A stretch of 64,000 bases of DNA from positions 23,031 to 87,030 of IMG/VR virus record IMGVR_UViG_3300005095_000008, one strand, 5' to 3'. Each line of letters begins with the position of its first letter. Position 1 is the first letter of the stretch. The translations under genes were made by a program, and so were the position numbers. The notes below the pieces were generated by a model that was given only the letters and a program-made list of their open reading frames with translations, did no database searches and was not told the DNA's origin. Shown here one piece after another: positions 18,099 to 27,069 of this stretch. The stretch is from a virus.

Positions 18099-20360
18099 CT
18101 AAACCTTACAACTTTCACATTCTACTTCATCGTTCTTTGTAGATTTTGCATAGTAGAGTCCTTTCATACCAAGTCTATCTGCTGTGAGAATATCTCTCAA
18201 TAGATCAAATGCGGTTGTCTTCTCTGGTATATAATAAAGTGTTACACTCTGTCCTTGGTCTAACCAACGTTGTCTTACAGCTGCATTAGTTAAAATATCA
18301 TTAGAATCGATATCAAATGCAAGTTCATACTTGTGTCCTAGTGTCGCTACATTTGGCGCTAACTGTGGACAAGTATATGTGCCATCTTTCATAGCTGATA
18401 ACGCATGTAGTGGTTCTGTACCTTCTGTAGAGTTCATAATGAGTGAACTCGTAGCAGTAGGCGCAATCGCCATCACTGTTGAGAATCTAGCGCCACATGC
18501 CAATAGATCTTGACGTAGTGTTTCCCAATCATAATTGAGTGGATATTCAACATCTCCTGCAAATAATTCAAATGTGAACTTTCCATCTTTATATTTTGTT
18601 TCGTTAAACTTCTTAAACCTGCCTCTCTCTTTAGCGAGTCTAATTGATGCTTTCATTAGATGGTAATAGACTGATTCCATTACATCATTCACAAACTGTA
18701 ATGTATCTTCACCACCCCATTTTAAAGTGTTTTTAGCAAGTAATTGCGCGAGGTTTGTTACACCTACACCAATCGCTCTAAACTCTTTGTTAAATCGTTC
18801 CCCTTCTTTCGTAGGATAAAACGCATAGTCAATGAGATTATCAGATGCTCTTAGTAGATTATACGCAATACGTTCTCTCTTTTCGTCATCATGGTAAAAC
18901 CAACGCATAAGGTTAATAGAACTAAGATTACAGAGTGCGATATAACCAGGTTCATACTCTTCTGTAAGCGTAACTTCATCGGTAGACATATTTTCAGAAA
19001 GTTCGAAGTCTTTGAATTCTACAGCTTTTGTAGGAAGATAGATTTCATTACAGAGATTAGAGCTGTAGATCTTATGATTAAAGTTATTTTGCTTCTCTAC
19101 ATTCTCTTCTAAGAAGATATAGATATTACCTGTTTCGAATCTTTGTTTTACGAGTTCGAATAGATAGTCAAGTGCATTGACTGTTTTCTTCATAATGCCT
19201 TGTTTCTTCTCGTACTCTTCATAGAGCGTATTGAATGCTTCGCCAGTAGTCTCTTCTAATAGAGGTACTTCTTTAGGATCAAAGAGTGTCATCTCTTGAT
19301 CGTTGAGTGCTCTCTCTAAAAAGAGTTTATTAATCTTGACACCATACATAAGTCCTCTAGCACGTCTATCTTCTGTACCACCCTCTTCTTTAAGCTCAAG
19401 CATATCAGGAGCATCATAGTGCCATAGAGAGAAGTAGACTGCACACGCACCGGGTCTGGTTCCATCTTGGTTATAGGCTTTTACGCCTGCTTCTGTAAGC
19501 TTAATGAATGGAATTGGTCCAGAAGAAGTTCCTGTTGTTCCAATAAGAGAATTTGACGCTCTTACAGAAGTAATATCTGTAGCGAGTCCACCAGAGTGTT
19601 TTGAATACAAGAACAAGTTAGAGTTAGTCTTATTGATTCCTCTAGAGTTATCTGGCATCTTAGAGACGACACAGGATGACATCTGTGGATTGTACGAGAG
19701 TGAGTTTTTAAACTTTGGTGTGGCTTCAGAGAACTCATGTTGAGATACATCATCATAACGTTCTTTAATTAGAGCCATTCTGACGTCTTTTGGTTCTTTC
19801 CAGAAGGCGAACATAGCCAAACGCATGAAACCGTGTTGAGGTAGCTCTAGGATACGTTTACGAGTATATCTTTTCGCTTGCTTGTCGAAGAATACCCTAA
19901 GACCAAGATAATTAATATCGAAATCTCTCTCTTGTACGATATAAGAGTTTAATTCGATGATTTCTTGTTCTGAAAACGAGTTTACTACTTCTTTATCATA
20001 GACTTTATATTTCACACCTTTTTTAAGGACATCTCCATAGAATGGATATTTATCTCTTTTCATTCCCCATAGTTCTTTATACTGTTTTAGAATTAGTAGG
20101 TTTCGAGCAACGGTATCTGCTAAAGGAAACTCTTTAGAAATCATATTCTCTACAGTGTTTAGTACTTCATTATAGAGTTTTGTGATTTGGATCTTATCAT
20201 AGATTTTGAGTTTGACACTTTTGAGTATCTCTTCTACCATGATTTCATTATTTTCAGCCGCCCACATCAATACTTTATGCAACTTCTCTTCGCTAAATGG
20301 TTCTGTTCTTCCGTCACGTTTAATAACTGTGTGACTTTTGCCATCCATAAGTGTTATCAT
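18099..20360 (-). CDS. nrdA: Ribonucleotide reductase class Ia alpha subunit
   Basis: ATP cone VIKRDGRTEPF, SSCVV, SNLCNEI, LCNLSS, APTATSS, GLYY, C-terminal CESC; start at MITLMD (AAAGGAA RBS). Confidence 0.95.
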   Translation of the reverse strand: MITLMDGKSHTVIKRDGRTEPFSEEKLHKVLMWAAENNEIMVEEILKSVKLKIYDKIQITKLYNEVLNTVENMISKEFPLADTVARNLLILKQYKELWGMKRDKYPFYGDVLKKGVKYKVYDKEVVNSFSEQEIIELNSYIVQERDFDINYLGLRVFFDKQAKRYTRKRILELPQHGFMRLAMFAFWKEPKDVRMALIKERYDDVSQHEFSEATPKFKNSLSYNPQMSSCVVSKMPDNSRGINKTNSNLFLYSKHSGGLATDITSVRASNSLIGTTGTSSGPIPFIKLTEAGVKAYNQDGTRPGACAVYFSLWHYDAPDMLELKEEGGTEDRRARGLMYGVKINKLFLERALNDQEMTLFDPKEVPLLEETTGEAFNTLYEEYEKKQGIMKKTVNALDYLFELVKQRFETGNIYIFLEENVEKQNNFNHKIYSSNLCNEIYLPTKAVEFKDFELSENMSTDEVTLTEEYEPGYIALCNLSSINLMRWFYHDDEKRERIAYNLLRASDNLIDYAFYPTKEGERFNKEFRAIGVGVTNLAQLLAKNTLKWGGEDTLQFVNDVMESVYYHLMKASIRLAKERGRFKKFNETKYKDGKFTFELFAGDVEYPLNYDWETLRQDLLACGARFSTVMAIAPTATSSLIMNSTEGTEPLHALSAMKDGTYTCPQLAPNVATLGHKYELAFDIDSNDILTNAAVRQRWLDQGQSVTLYYIPEKTTAFDLLRDILTADRLGMKGLYYAKSTKNDEVECESCKV

Positions 20361-20443
20361 CTCTATTCCTTTAAAATTATCAAAAAATAATAGTAATTTT
20401 TTATGCATTAAAATATGATGTATCGGAATAAAAATAAAAAAGC

Positions 20444-20470
20444 CTCTACAGACCATATTGGTCTGTAGAG
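20444..20470 (-). terminator. Hairpin with T-tract
   Basis: ctctacagacca-tat-tggtctgtagag, followed on the minus strand by GCTTTTTTATTTTT. Confidence 0.8.
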
Positions 20471-20483
20471 TTTATGTTATTTA

Positions 20484-21716
20484 TTACGCTTCTTTAAGAT
20501 TTTGAAGGTATACTTTGCCTAATCCATCTACTGCAGTTGGAATGTTCCAATATGTTTTTGTAAGAACGAGTAATGTAAACGGAAGATATGGATAAATGCC
20601 TACAGTCTCCCATTTAGCAGCTTCATCGATTTTATCAATCTCTTTTGAGCCTTTTTTAAGAATATTAAAAACAGATTCCTTAACTTTCTTACGATTTTGA
20701 ACAATTTTTAGAGCTTCATCACATAATTTAATAAGTTCTTTCAGATCTGGTGTCGTGAAAGTTGGTGTGATTCCAAAACCATCTACCATGCTAAAAGGAA
20801 TGCTGCGCGTTGTATAATGATACGGCATCATATCACTTGTAATATGCAAAGGTTTACATCTATTCAAAAACCAGGCTTGATTATTTGTGGCGCCAACAAG
20901 CAAGTAATCCCTATCTCCGCTTTTACAAAAGAATTTAAATACTTTCTCAATCCATGAACGTTGTACTTGTTTAAGTGCTGATGTGTTATCGAAAATCTGT
21001 TCGACATCACCATCTTTTGTCATCATAGATATGATTGCGTTTGTTGTTTTATCAATAAAGTCTGCAGAACCATATTTCTTAATAATACCATTCATTGCTT
21101 TAATTGGATCTTTTGTTCCACCGAATCCCATGATACCGATAAATTTACCTGTTTGCCAGCCAATCACATTTGTATCAGATATTTCACTAAGAGTCAGTTT
21201 CTTACCTGATTTCTCATATTCTTCAAGTTTAGATTTTGTATCTTCAAGGTCTGTAAATAACTTATCTATAACAATGTTTAATTTATCCATAAATTTTAAA
21301 AGACTAGCTTCTAATCTAGCAAATGTTTTGTTAATTGCGATAATTATTTTCGTAATTGCTGATTTTGATTCTTCTACGGCAGAAATAAGACTAGATGTTG
21401 GGTCTGTAATTTCTTCAAGTCCAATTTCAGAGAAGTCTAAACCTTCAAAACCTAATACATCGAATGATTTTTGTACGCTTGTCAAATATTGTGCAACAAA
21501 TAATTTATCTACTGTTCCGTTTTCTAAAGCTACTTCTGCTGTTTTAATATCTTTCTCAAGCATAGCTACTTGTTGCTTACCATCTTCAATAGCAGCATAA
21601 ATTTTTAGAATTTCTGCTTCAGCCATTGATTGTTCTTCCATTGCTAAAACTGTGCTCTCAAACGTAGAAACTTTTTCAAATGTTTCTTCCATTGCAATTT
21701 CGTCAAATAATTTCAT
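20484..21716 (-). CDS. Putative internal head (inner-body/ejection) protein with cleavable propeptide
   Basis: Acidic N-terminal ~115 aa with repeated AME/AME/ALE/GLE/AVE sites matching the S/A/G-x-E specificity of phiKZ-type prohead proteases. Confidence 0.7.
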   Translation of the reverse strand: MKLFDEIAMEETFEKVSTFESTVLAMEEQSMAEAEILKIYAAIEDGKQQVAMLEKDIKTAEVALENGTVDKLFVAQYLTSVQKSFDVLGFEGLDFSEIGLEEITDPTSSLISAVEESKSAITKIIIAINKTFARLEASLLKFMDKLNIVIDKLFTDLEDTKSKLEEYEKSGKKLTLSEISDTNVIGWQTGKFIGIMGFGGTKDPIKAMNGIIKKYGSADFIDKTTNAIISMMTKDGDVEQIFDNTSALKQVQRSWIEKVFKFFCKSGDRDYLLVGATNNQAWFLNRCKPLHITSDMMPYHYTTRSIPFSMVDGFGITPTFTTPDLKELIKLCDEALKIVQNRKKVKESVFNILKKGSKEIDKIDEAAKWETVGIYPYLPFTLLVLTKTYWNIPTAVDGLGKVYLQNLKEA

Positions 21717-21743
21717 TTTTTAAACCTTTAGTATTTATTTCAT

Positions 21744-22583
21744 TTAAACGTATCTAAACCCTAGATTTTTCAATCTATTATACCACCCTCTCTTAAAGCG
21801 AGCGTATCTCTTTGGATTGTTCTTTATTAATCTATTGTAAAAGTGATACATTTCAGCCAACATCAATTGGTTCAAAATTTCATCAGAACCTTTAAACGTC
21901 CTCACAGCTGTTCTTGTTTTTTTACCAAGAATACCATCTGCTTTCAACTTCAATGCTTTCTGTAATACTTTTACACCTCTTGCCTTTCCACCATTTACAG
22001 AATTAGAAAAGAAAGTCAGCGCGCTATTGTAAAATTTCATCTCTTCAAAGATAGCATTCAACTTCTTATCTAAGAAATGTTTTACATAAAATGCATAGGC
22101 TAAAATTCTAATCTGTTCTTTCTCATCATTACTCAATAAGTAATTCAATTTAATAGCATTTCCTGGCGTTTCTCTTAACGCATATTTCTTAAAGAGTGAG
22201 TCAATATACTTAATAATTTTACTATTTGGAAATGATTTCTTATAAACACCATACGGTGATGTATAAGCAGACTCTCTTCTATTCCAGTGTATCACTGTGC
22301 CTTCAGCTCTTCCAAGGTACTCTAGTATCCTATCTTCTAATCGAATGTGTTTTTCTTTTTCTATCAATAACTTTGCAATGTTATCGAAAAATACATACTT
22401 GTCTATTTTTAGTAATGCGTCTAATGTTCTGTATCCAACGATACCATCTTCTACGACATTACCGTTAGATAGATTAATCGCTTTTTGTAATAGTAAATCT
22501 AATTTTTGTTCTAACAAAAACTCTACTGTTAAAAATAAATCAGTATCAGCATGCTTCTTAAAAAGTGCTAACGAGCTCTTCAT
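21744..22583 (-). CDS. Putative endolysin, GH108-like with peptidoglycan-binding motifs
   Basis: EDGIVGYRT and ADGILGKKT motifs, AEG...TSPYGV candidate catalytic region, NGG..RGVKVLQKAL, C-terminal RFKRGWYNRL. Confidence 0.75.
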   Translation of the reverse strand: MKSSLALFKKHADTDLFLTVEFLLEQKLDLLLQKAINLSNGNVVEDGIVGYRTLDALLKIDKYVFFDNIAKLLIEKEKHIRLEDRILEYLGRAEGTVIHWNRRESAYTSPYGVYKKSFPNSKIIKYIDSLFKKYALRETPGNAIKLNYLLSNDEKEQIRILAYAFYVKHFLDKKLNAIFEEMKFYNSALTFFSNSVNGGKARGVKVLQKALKLKADGILGKKTRTAVRTFKGSDEILNQLMLAEMYHFYNRLIKNNPKRYARFKRGWYNRLKNLGFRYV

Positions 22584-22584
22584 A

Positions 22585-22833
22585 TCAATCTCCTGTTGTC
22601 TCTAATACATACGGTATATCAATTGTTTTATATTCATCTTGCATAAAATAAAATGGTTGTGTTATTGTTACTCTCTCTCCATGCTTTGCTTCAAACCAAG
22701 GTTCTTCTAACACACCGTCTGTAGAGACATAGAGAAGTGCGTGTTTTGCCTTCATAATATTTTGTATAATAATAGTACCATCACCAGGATCTAGCAATAC
22801 AGGTACTTCTCTCTCTAATGTTACAAAATCCAT
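22585..22833 (-). CDS. Hypothetical protein
   Basis: 82 aa, GAGGAG RBS, directly upstream of the endolysin. Confidence 0.65.
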   Translation of the reverse strand: MDFVTLEREVPVLLDPGDGTIIIQNIMKAKHALLYVSTDGVLEEPWFEAKHGERVTITQPFYFMQDEYKTIDIPYVLETTGD

Positions 22834-22858
22834 AGGTTCTCCTCTGTTCTAAATATAG

Positions 22859-22890
22859 ACATGAGACTGTCAATTTAGACAGTCTCATGT
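22859..22890 (-). terminator. Hairpin with 13-bp arms
   Basis: acatgagactgtc-aattta-gacagtctcatgt at the stop of 22890-23342. Confidence 0.7.
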
Positions 22891-23342
22891 TAGTTAATCG
22901 TAATTGGAGGTTGTTTAATCTCAAAATCTACACCAGAGAAATCAAGACTATCTAACTTCTCTTTAATAGACATAAGTTCGTCATGCTCTTCTTTACTCAA
23001 ACCACTTCCAACAGCTACAGTTGGAACTGTTGATGTTTGATTCAACACGGTAGCACCATTTATCTTTACAAATGGGCTTTCATAATCATCAGAGAACAAG
23101 TTAAACTTTACATCTAGATCGCAACCATCTGCAACAACAACCCACCCATTCGTCATAAAGTAGAAAGCTGGTGCGGATGCATTATTACCTAGATCATCTC
23201 CACCAACAACGCGCATCGCTCTTAAATAATTAGGATGATCTACCGCCCAACGTTTCCACGCAGAGTATAGATCTACACGTACATCAATGGACGTCTCATC
23301 TGTTATGGTTATCTGTTTAGTCGTACCATTGAATGTTATCAT
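22890..23342 (-). CDS. Putative virion accessory protein
   Basis: DLYSAWKRW...TNGW motifs shared with the N-terminus of 23352-24695. Confidence 0.6.
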   Translation of the reverse strand: MITFNGTTKQITITDETSIDVRVDLYSAWKRWAVDHPNYLRAMRVVGGDDLGNNASAPAFYFMTNGWVVVADGCDLDVKFNLFSDDYESPFVKINGATVLNQTSTVPTVAVGSGLSKEEHDELMSIKEKLDSLDFSGVDFEIKQPPITIN

Positions 23343-23351
23343 GTTCTATCC

Positions 23352-24695
23352 TTAATTATTTACATATGTCATTTCTGTGTTCGCTACGAGAGATAGTTTA
23401 ATAGTTTTAGAACGTGTGATTGTACCTGTGGCTACGACATATTGCGCAGAATCTAGACCAATACCTACGAGTGTAACAGGAGCGTCTGTTCCTTCTGTTC
23501 CAGCTCCACGCTGATCGTTACTGTCAAAGTCATAATCAAATGGAATACTTGCATTACCATCAATCGTTCCAGCAATTGGAATACCACTAGCATCTTCAAC
23601 AGTGATAGCATTATCAGTACCAAAATCATTACCATTGCCGTCTGTCGTAAAGAATAAATGATAGATCGCTTCTGGGTCTGCTTGTAATGGTGCGTTAAAC
23701 TCAAGAATACCAGCAGATGTAAATGGATTTACTCTTTCACTTCCGCTATCATCAATAAAGACAACTCTGTTTGAATCTTCTTGACGTACATTGTCGATAT
23801 AACCATTGACGTAGAGTGTGTCACCAATAAAATACATAAGTGTATCGGCAGTGTCACCACGAACATCACCTTCGCCATTATCGATATCTGACTCTTGTCG
23901 CATAAGATATTGGTGTTTCTCATAAATTTGCTCTAGTGTCTTGTTATCACCTTCTACAATAACAGAGAAGTCATAGTTAGTACCACCAACATCTCTCTGT
24001 TGTGCGTCATCATAGTATGTAATCGTGATATTATCATACGGCGCTTGTGCGATTTCAGCATCGCTATGTGTAACTTTTGTATCTAGCTTATCTGATAGCG
24101 GTAGTGCGTATTTCTTATAAGTAAGCGCTGAAATATTCTGACCTACAATAAGATCATATTGATCGTATGTCTTTTGTTCTTCACGTAGGAAGATTGTAAA
24201 TGCATTTCTTTTATCAAAATCGCCATTATCAGCGTCTCCATAAATTTTAATACATTGATTTACTTCACCTGGTAGAATCGTATCTACTGGAGAGTTTGGG
24301 TCTCCTTGAATATAATATGCTTGGTCAACAGTAGGATCATAGAACGCACCAAGTGATGTAATATTCATCCACTCTTCTGCAGTCGTACCATCATCTTTCT
24401 TAACAGCAAATCCACCATCTCTAATAAGATTGATAGTATCAACATCTTTCCATTTCCAACCATTTACGAGGTCGAACTGTGTCCCTGATGGACCATCAAT
24501 TGGTGTGAATGGGAATGGATGTCTAATCAATGTATCATCACTTTTCCATTCTTCTTTTGTAAATGAATAGACAGCTTGCAACGCGACGCCATCATCCGAT
24601 AGGTTGCCTGCTTTAATCAATTCGATTGTTCTATTTGCTGTATCAAAATTAAGCTCTGTTCCTTGATTCAAATCATCTGGATCTATAATCTTCAT
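23352..24695 (-). CDS. Putative virion structural protein (acidic, beta-rich)
   Basis: 447 aa, D/T/G-rich; AVYSFTKEEW...VNGW; co-oriented in a structural cluster. Confidence 0.6.
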   Translation of the reverse strand: MKIIDPDDLNQGTELNFDTANRTIELIKAGNLSDDGVALQAVYSFTKEEWKSDDTLIRHPFPFTPIDGPSGTQFDLVNGWKWKDVDTINLIRDGGFAVKKDDGTTAEEWMNITSLGAFYDPTVDQAYYIQGDPNSPVDTILPGEVNQCIKIYGDADNGDFDKRNAFTIFLREEQKTYDQYDLIVGQNISALTYKKYALPLSDKLDTKVTHSDAEIAQAPYDNITITYYDDAQQRDVGGTNYDFSVIVEGDNKTLEQIYEKHQYLMRQESDIDNGEGDVRGDTADTLMYFIGDTLYVNGYIDNVRQEDSNRVVFIDDSGSERVNPFTSAGILEFNAPLQADPEAIYHLFFTTDGNGNDFGTDNAITVEDASGIPIAGTIDGNASIPFDYDFDSNDQRGAGTEGTDAPVTLVGIGLDSAQYVVATGTITRSKTIKLSLVANTEMTYVNN

Positions 24696-24698
24696 TAC

Positions 24699-24887
24699 TT
24701 ACCTTTCTTTTAATTTCTTTAATTTTATTGTAAAATTGCTATTAATAATTAAAAAATAATTATCTATTTCTAAAATTTTATCAGCTTCGATTCCGTATAA
24801 TAGTGCGACTTCTTTACTTACTTCAGGAACATCGAATGTCATTCCTAAATATTTGCCATCAGTTGTTTCTACAACTTTGACTCTCAT
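24699..24887 (-). CDS. Small hypothetical protein
   Basis: 62 aa, AAAAGGAT RBS, fills the gap in the operon. Confidence 0.6.
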   Translation of the reverse strand: MRVKVVETTDGKYLGMTFDVPEVSKEVALLYGIEADKILEIDNYFLIINSNFTIKLKKLKER

Positions 24888-24898
24888 AATTTATCCTT

Positions 24899-26452
24899 TT
24901 ATGGGTTTATATAGGCACTATCTGGAATTTGCTTTATTGGAAGAGTTGCGTTTGTTCCATCGAGCTGTACTGTTAACCTAATAGGCGCATAATCTTTATT
25001 ATAAATAATAAGGACTGCATTATCGTAATTACCTTGGTAATCAATAACAACATCTCCAGAACTTGATTCTATTGCATAAATCTCCTCATTTAAATCTTCT
25101 GTATATAACCGCACCTCTGTGTTGTCAACCAAACCAGTTATTGTTAGTGTTCCAGCAGCCTGTATGTCAACTTGTCCATTATCTGTTCCTGGATCATTTG
25201 CGTCTAATTGACATGAAGTAGCGATAATTGTGACTTTTGTATTTGGATTATAATTATAGACTTTTCCATAACACCGAACGTCAGACATTTTTATAACAAC
25301 ATCTTCATCGCAATCTATCCATATATTACCATCGACAATATGGTTAATGTAATCTGTATCGTCCTTAAGTCTAATAGAATTATCAGTTTTGGTAATAGAA
25401 CCACCGCCTTGTAGTGTGTCATTAACACGTTCTACTTCTGCTGGTACAGAAAGCTCATAAGCATTAGAACCGTTACAATTTTCAATATGTAGCTCACCTG
25501 TACCAACAAACTGAATGTGGATGTCACGTAGCTCATCTACGCGTTTAAACTTTATATTATCCAATAATAAAGTATAATCAGTGGCATCAGTCGCTTGCAC
25601 TATCCTGATAGCACAATTCTTATCTTCATATACCGTACCAATTAAGTTATCTAAAGCGATTTGTTGATTTTCAACTGTGTCTGCTTCTAGTGTAACTTCG
25701 GCTAAGGTAGTTCGTTCAAAAATATCGCGTAGAATATCTTCACCCCATATCTCATGGTTTTTTATAAACCATAAATTCGCCCATGTTTCACGAATAGCTG
25801 ATTTGATTGTTCCTTCGTTATATGACTTCAAATCATCATCGGTATTACCTATAACAATATCTCCAGAGTGATTTGGGAACACATCAGTTCCGTTTAACTG
25901 TACTGTCTCTTGTAAGACACCATTAATATAAAAATCAACAGCGTTATAGCCATTTCTTTGGTATTCCCATGTACCTGTTAAGAAATAGTTTCTGTTTACT
26001 TGTGCTTGTAAATTAGACTGTGCGATTAGAAACGGTTGTCCGTCATCAGCTGCTTGCCAGGTAATCGCTTTACCGATTCCTACAAAAAAAGCAAAGTTAT
26101 TGACGTACGCGCCTTCTTCAAAAATACAACTAGGCGTAATATTCTGGCTAAATCGACACCATATCCCAAGTGTCTTTCCAGTAGCGCCATATGTGTTAGG
26201 TACGTCAGTATTGATGTCTGCAGCATTATCAAATGACGCACCATTCTCACGGTCTTCATATGACGTTGAATCATTTGATTTTAAAGCGTATGTAAAACCT
26301 TCACAACAGGGTTCTTCTACCCATGTATAGTTTCCACCATTAACTTTGGTTGGTGTCTCTGTTGTAACACCATCTTCTTCCGCACCTTTATAATCGAGCG
26401 TAATCAAATGTGTCATGCCTAGGTCGCCTATTAACAAATCGTTAAGCGCCAT
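24899..26452 (-). CDS. LamG/concanavalin-like lectin-domain structural protein
   Basis: TLGIWCR...YFLTGTW...DFYINGVLQ...DIVIGN pattern of LamG; C-terminal LTITGLVDNTEVRLY domain. Confidence 0.7.
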   Translation of the reverse strand: MALNDLLIGDLGMTHLITLDYKGAEEDGVTTETPTKVNGGNYTWVEEPCCEGFTYALKSNDSTSYEDRENGASFDNAADINTDVPNTYGATGKTLGIWCRFSQNITPSCIFEEGAYVNNFAFFVGIGKAITWQAADDGQPFLIAQSNLQAQVNRNYFLTGTWEYQRNGYNAVDFYINGVLQETVQLNGTDVFPNHSGDIVIGNTDDDLKSYNEGTIKSAIRETWANLWFIKNHEIWGEDILRDIFERTTLAEVTLEADTVENQQIALDNLIGTVYEDKNCAIRIVQATDATDYTLLLDNIKFKRVDELRDIHIQFVGTGELHIENCNGSNAYELSVPAEVERVNDTLQGGGSITKTDNSIRLKDDTDYINHIVDGNIWIDCDEDVVIKMSDVRCYGKVYNYNPNTKVTIIATSCQLDANDPGTDNGQVDIQAAGTLTITGLVDNTEVRLYTEDLNEEIYAIESSSGDVVIDYQGNYDNAVLIIYNKDYAPIRLTVQLDGTNATLPIKQIPDSAYINP

Positions 26453-26466
26453 CTTTTATCCTTTTT

Positions 26467-27003
26467 TTATTTATTTTTTAACAGTTTAGACATCTGATCT
26501 GTTTTATTTTTACTACCTACTGATGAACCGACCCAAAATGATACAACCATAATAATTACTGTTTTTATAAACTCTATCGTGTTCTGAACAATAGGCCTAT
26601 TTACATCTAATAGATCTGTAAATGATGCTAAGAACAAGTAACCAAATCCAATAAACAAGATTACTAAACTTAAAATAGGAACGAATCGTGTAAGAAATTT
26701 ATCATCACTCGTGGCTAAAAATTCTGTTAGTTCTCTAGCATCTTCAAAATCATCAGTCTCGATAATGTCATAGTCTTTAAATGTTAAATCTAATTCTTTT
26801 AACGTGTCTGAATCAATACTCTTTAAAAACTGCACGTCATCTTCTGTTAATTTATATTCTTCATCAGTGATGTCAATTTTATACTTAGAAGATACATATG
26901 TTAAAAAATCTTTCTCTTCTAACTCTTCCATTTTTTCATAAATATCATGCAGTACGTAATAGAGTTCATTATCGCGCAGCTGCTTCATTATATTCTTATA
27001 CAT
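26467..27003 (-). CDS. Holin-like membrane protein
   Basis: Soluble acidic N-terminus, two TM helices, ending VVSFWVGSSVGSKNK as in 3TM/GTA-type holins. Confidence 0.55.
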   Translation of the reverse strand: MYKNIMKQLRDNELYYVLHDIYEKMEELEEKDFLTYVSSKYKIDITDEEYKLTEDDVQFLKSIDSDTLKELDLTFKDYDIIETDDFEDARELTEFLATSDDKFLTRFVPILSLVILFIGFGYLFLASFTDLLDVNRPIVQNTIEFIKTVIIMVVSFWVGSSVGSKNKTDQMSKLLKNK

Positions 27004-27039
27004 AAATATCCTTTTTTAATGTATTTCAACTAAACATTA

Positions 27040-27069
27040 CTATAGAGTACCATATGGTACTCTATAGGT
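27040..27069. repeat. Palindromic terminator; identical 30-bp direct repeat with 32556-32585
   Basis: ctatagagtaccatatggtactctataggt at both positions. Confidence 0.85.
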
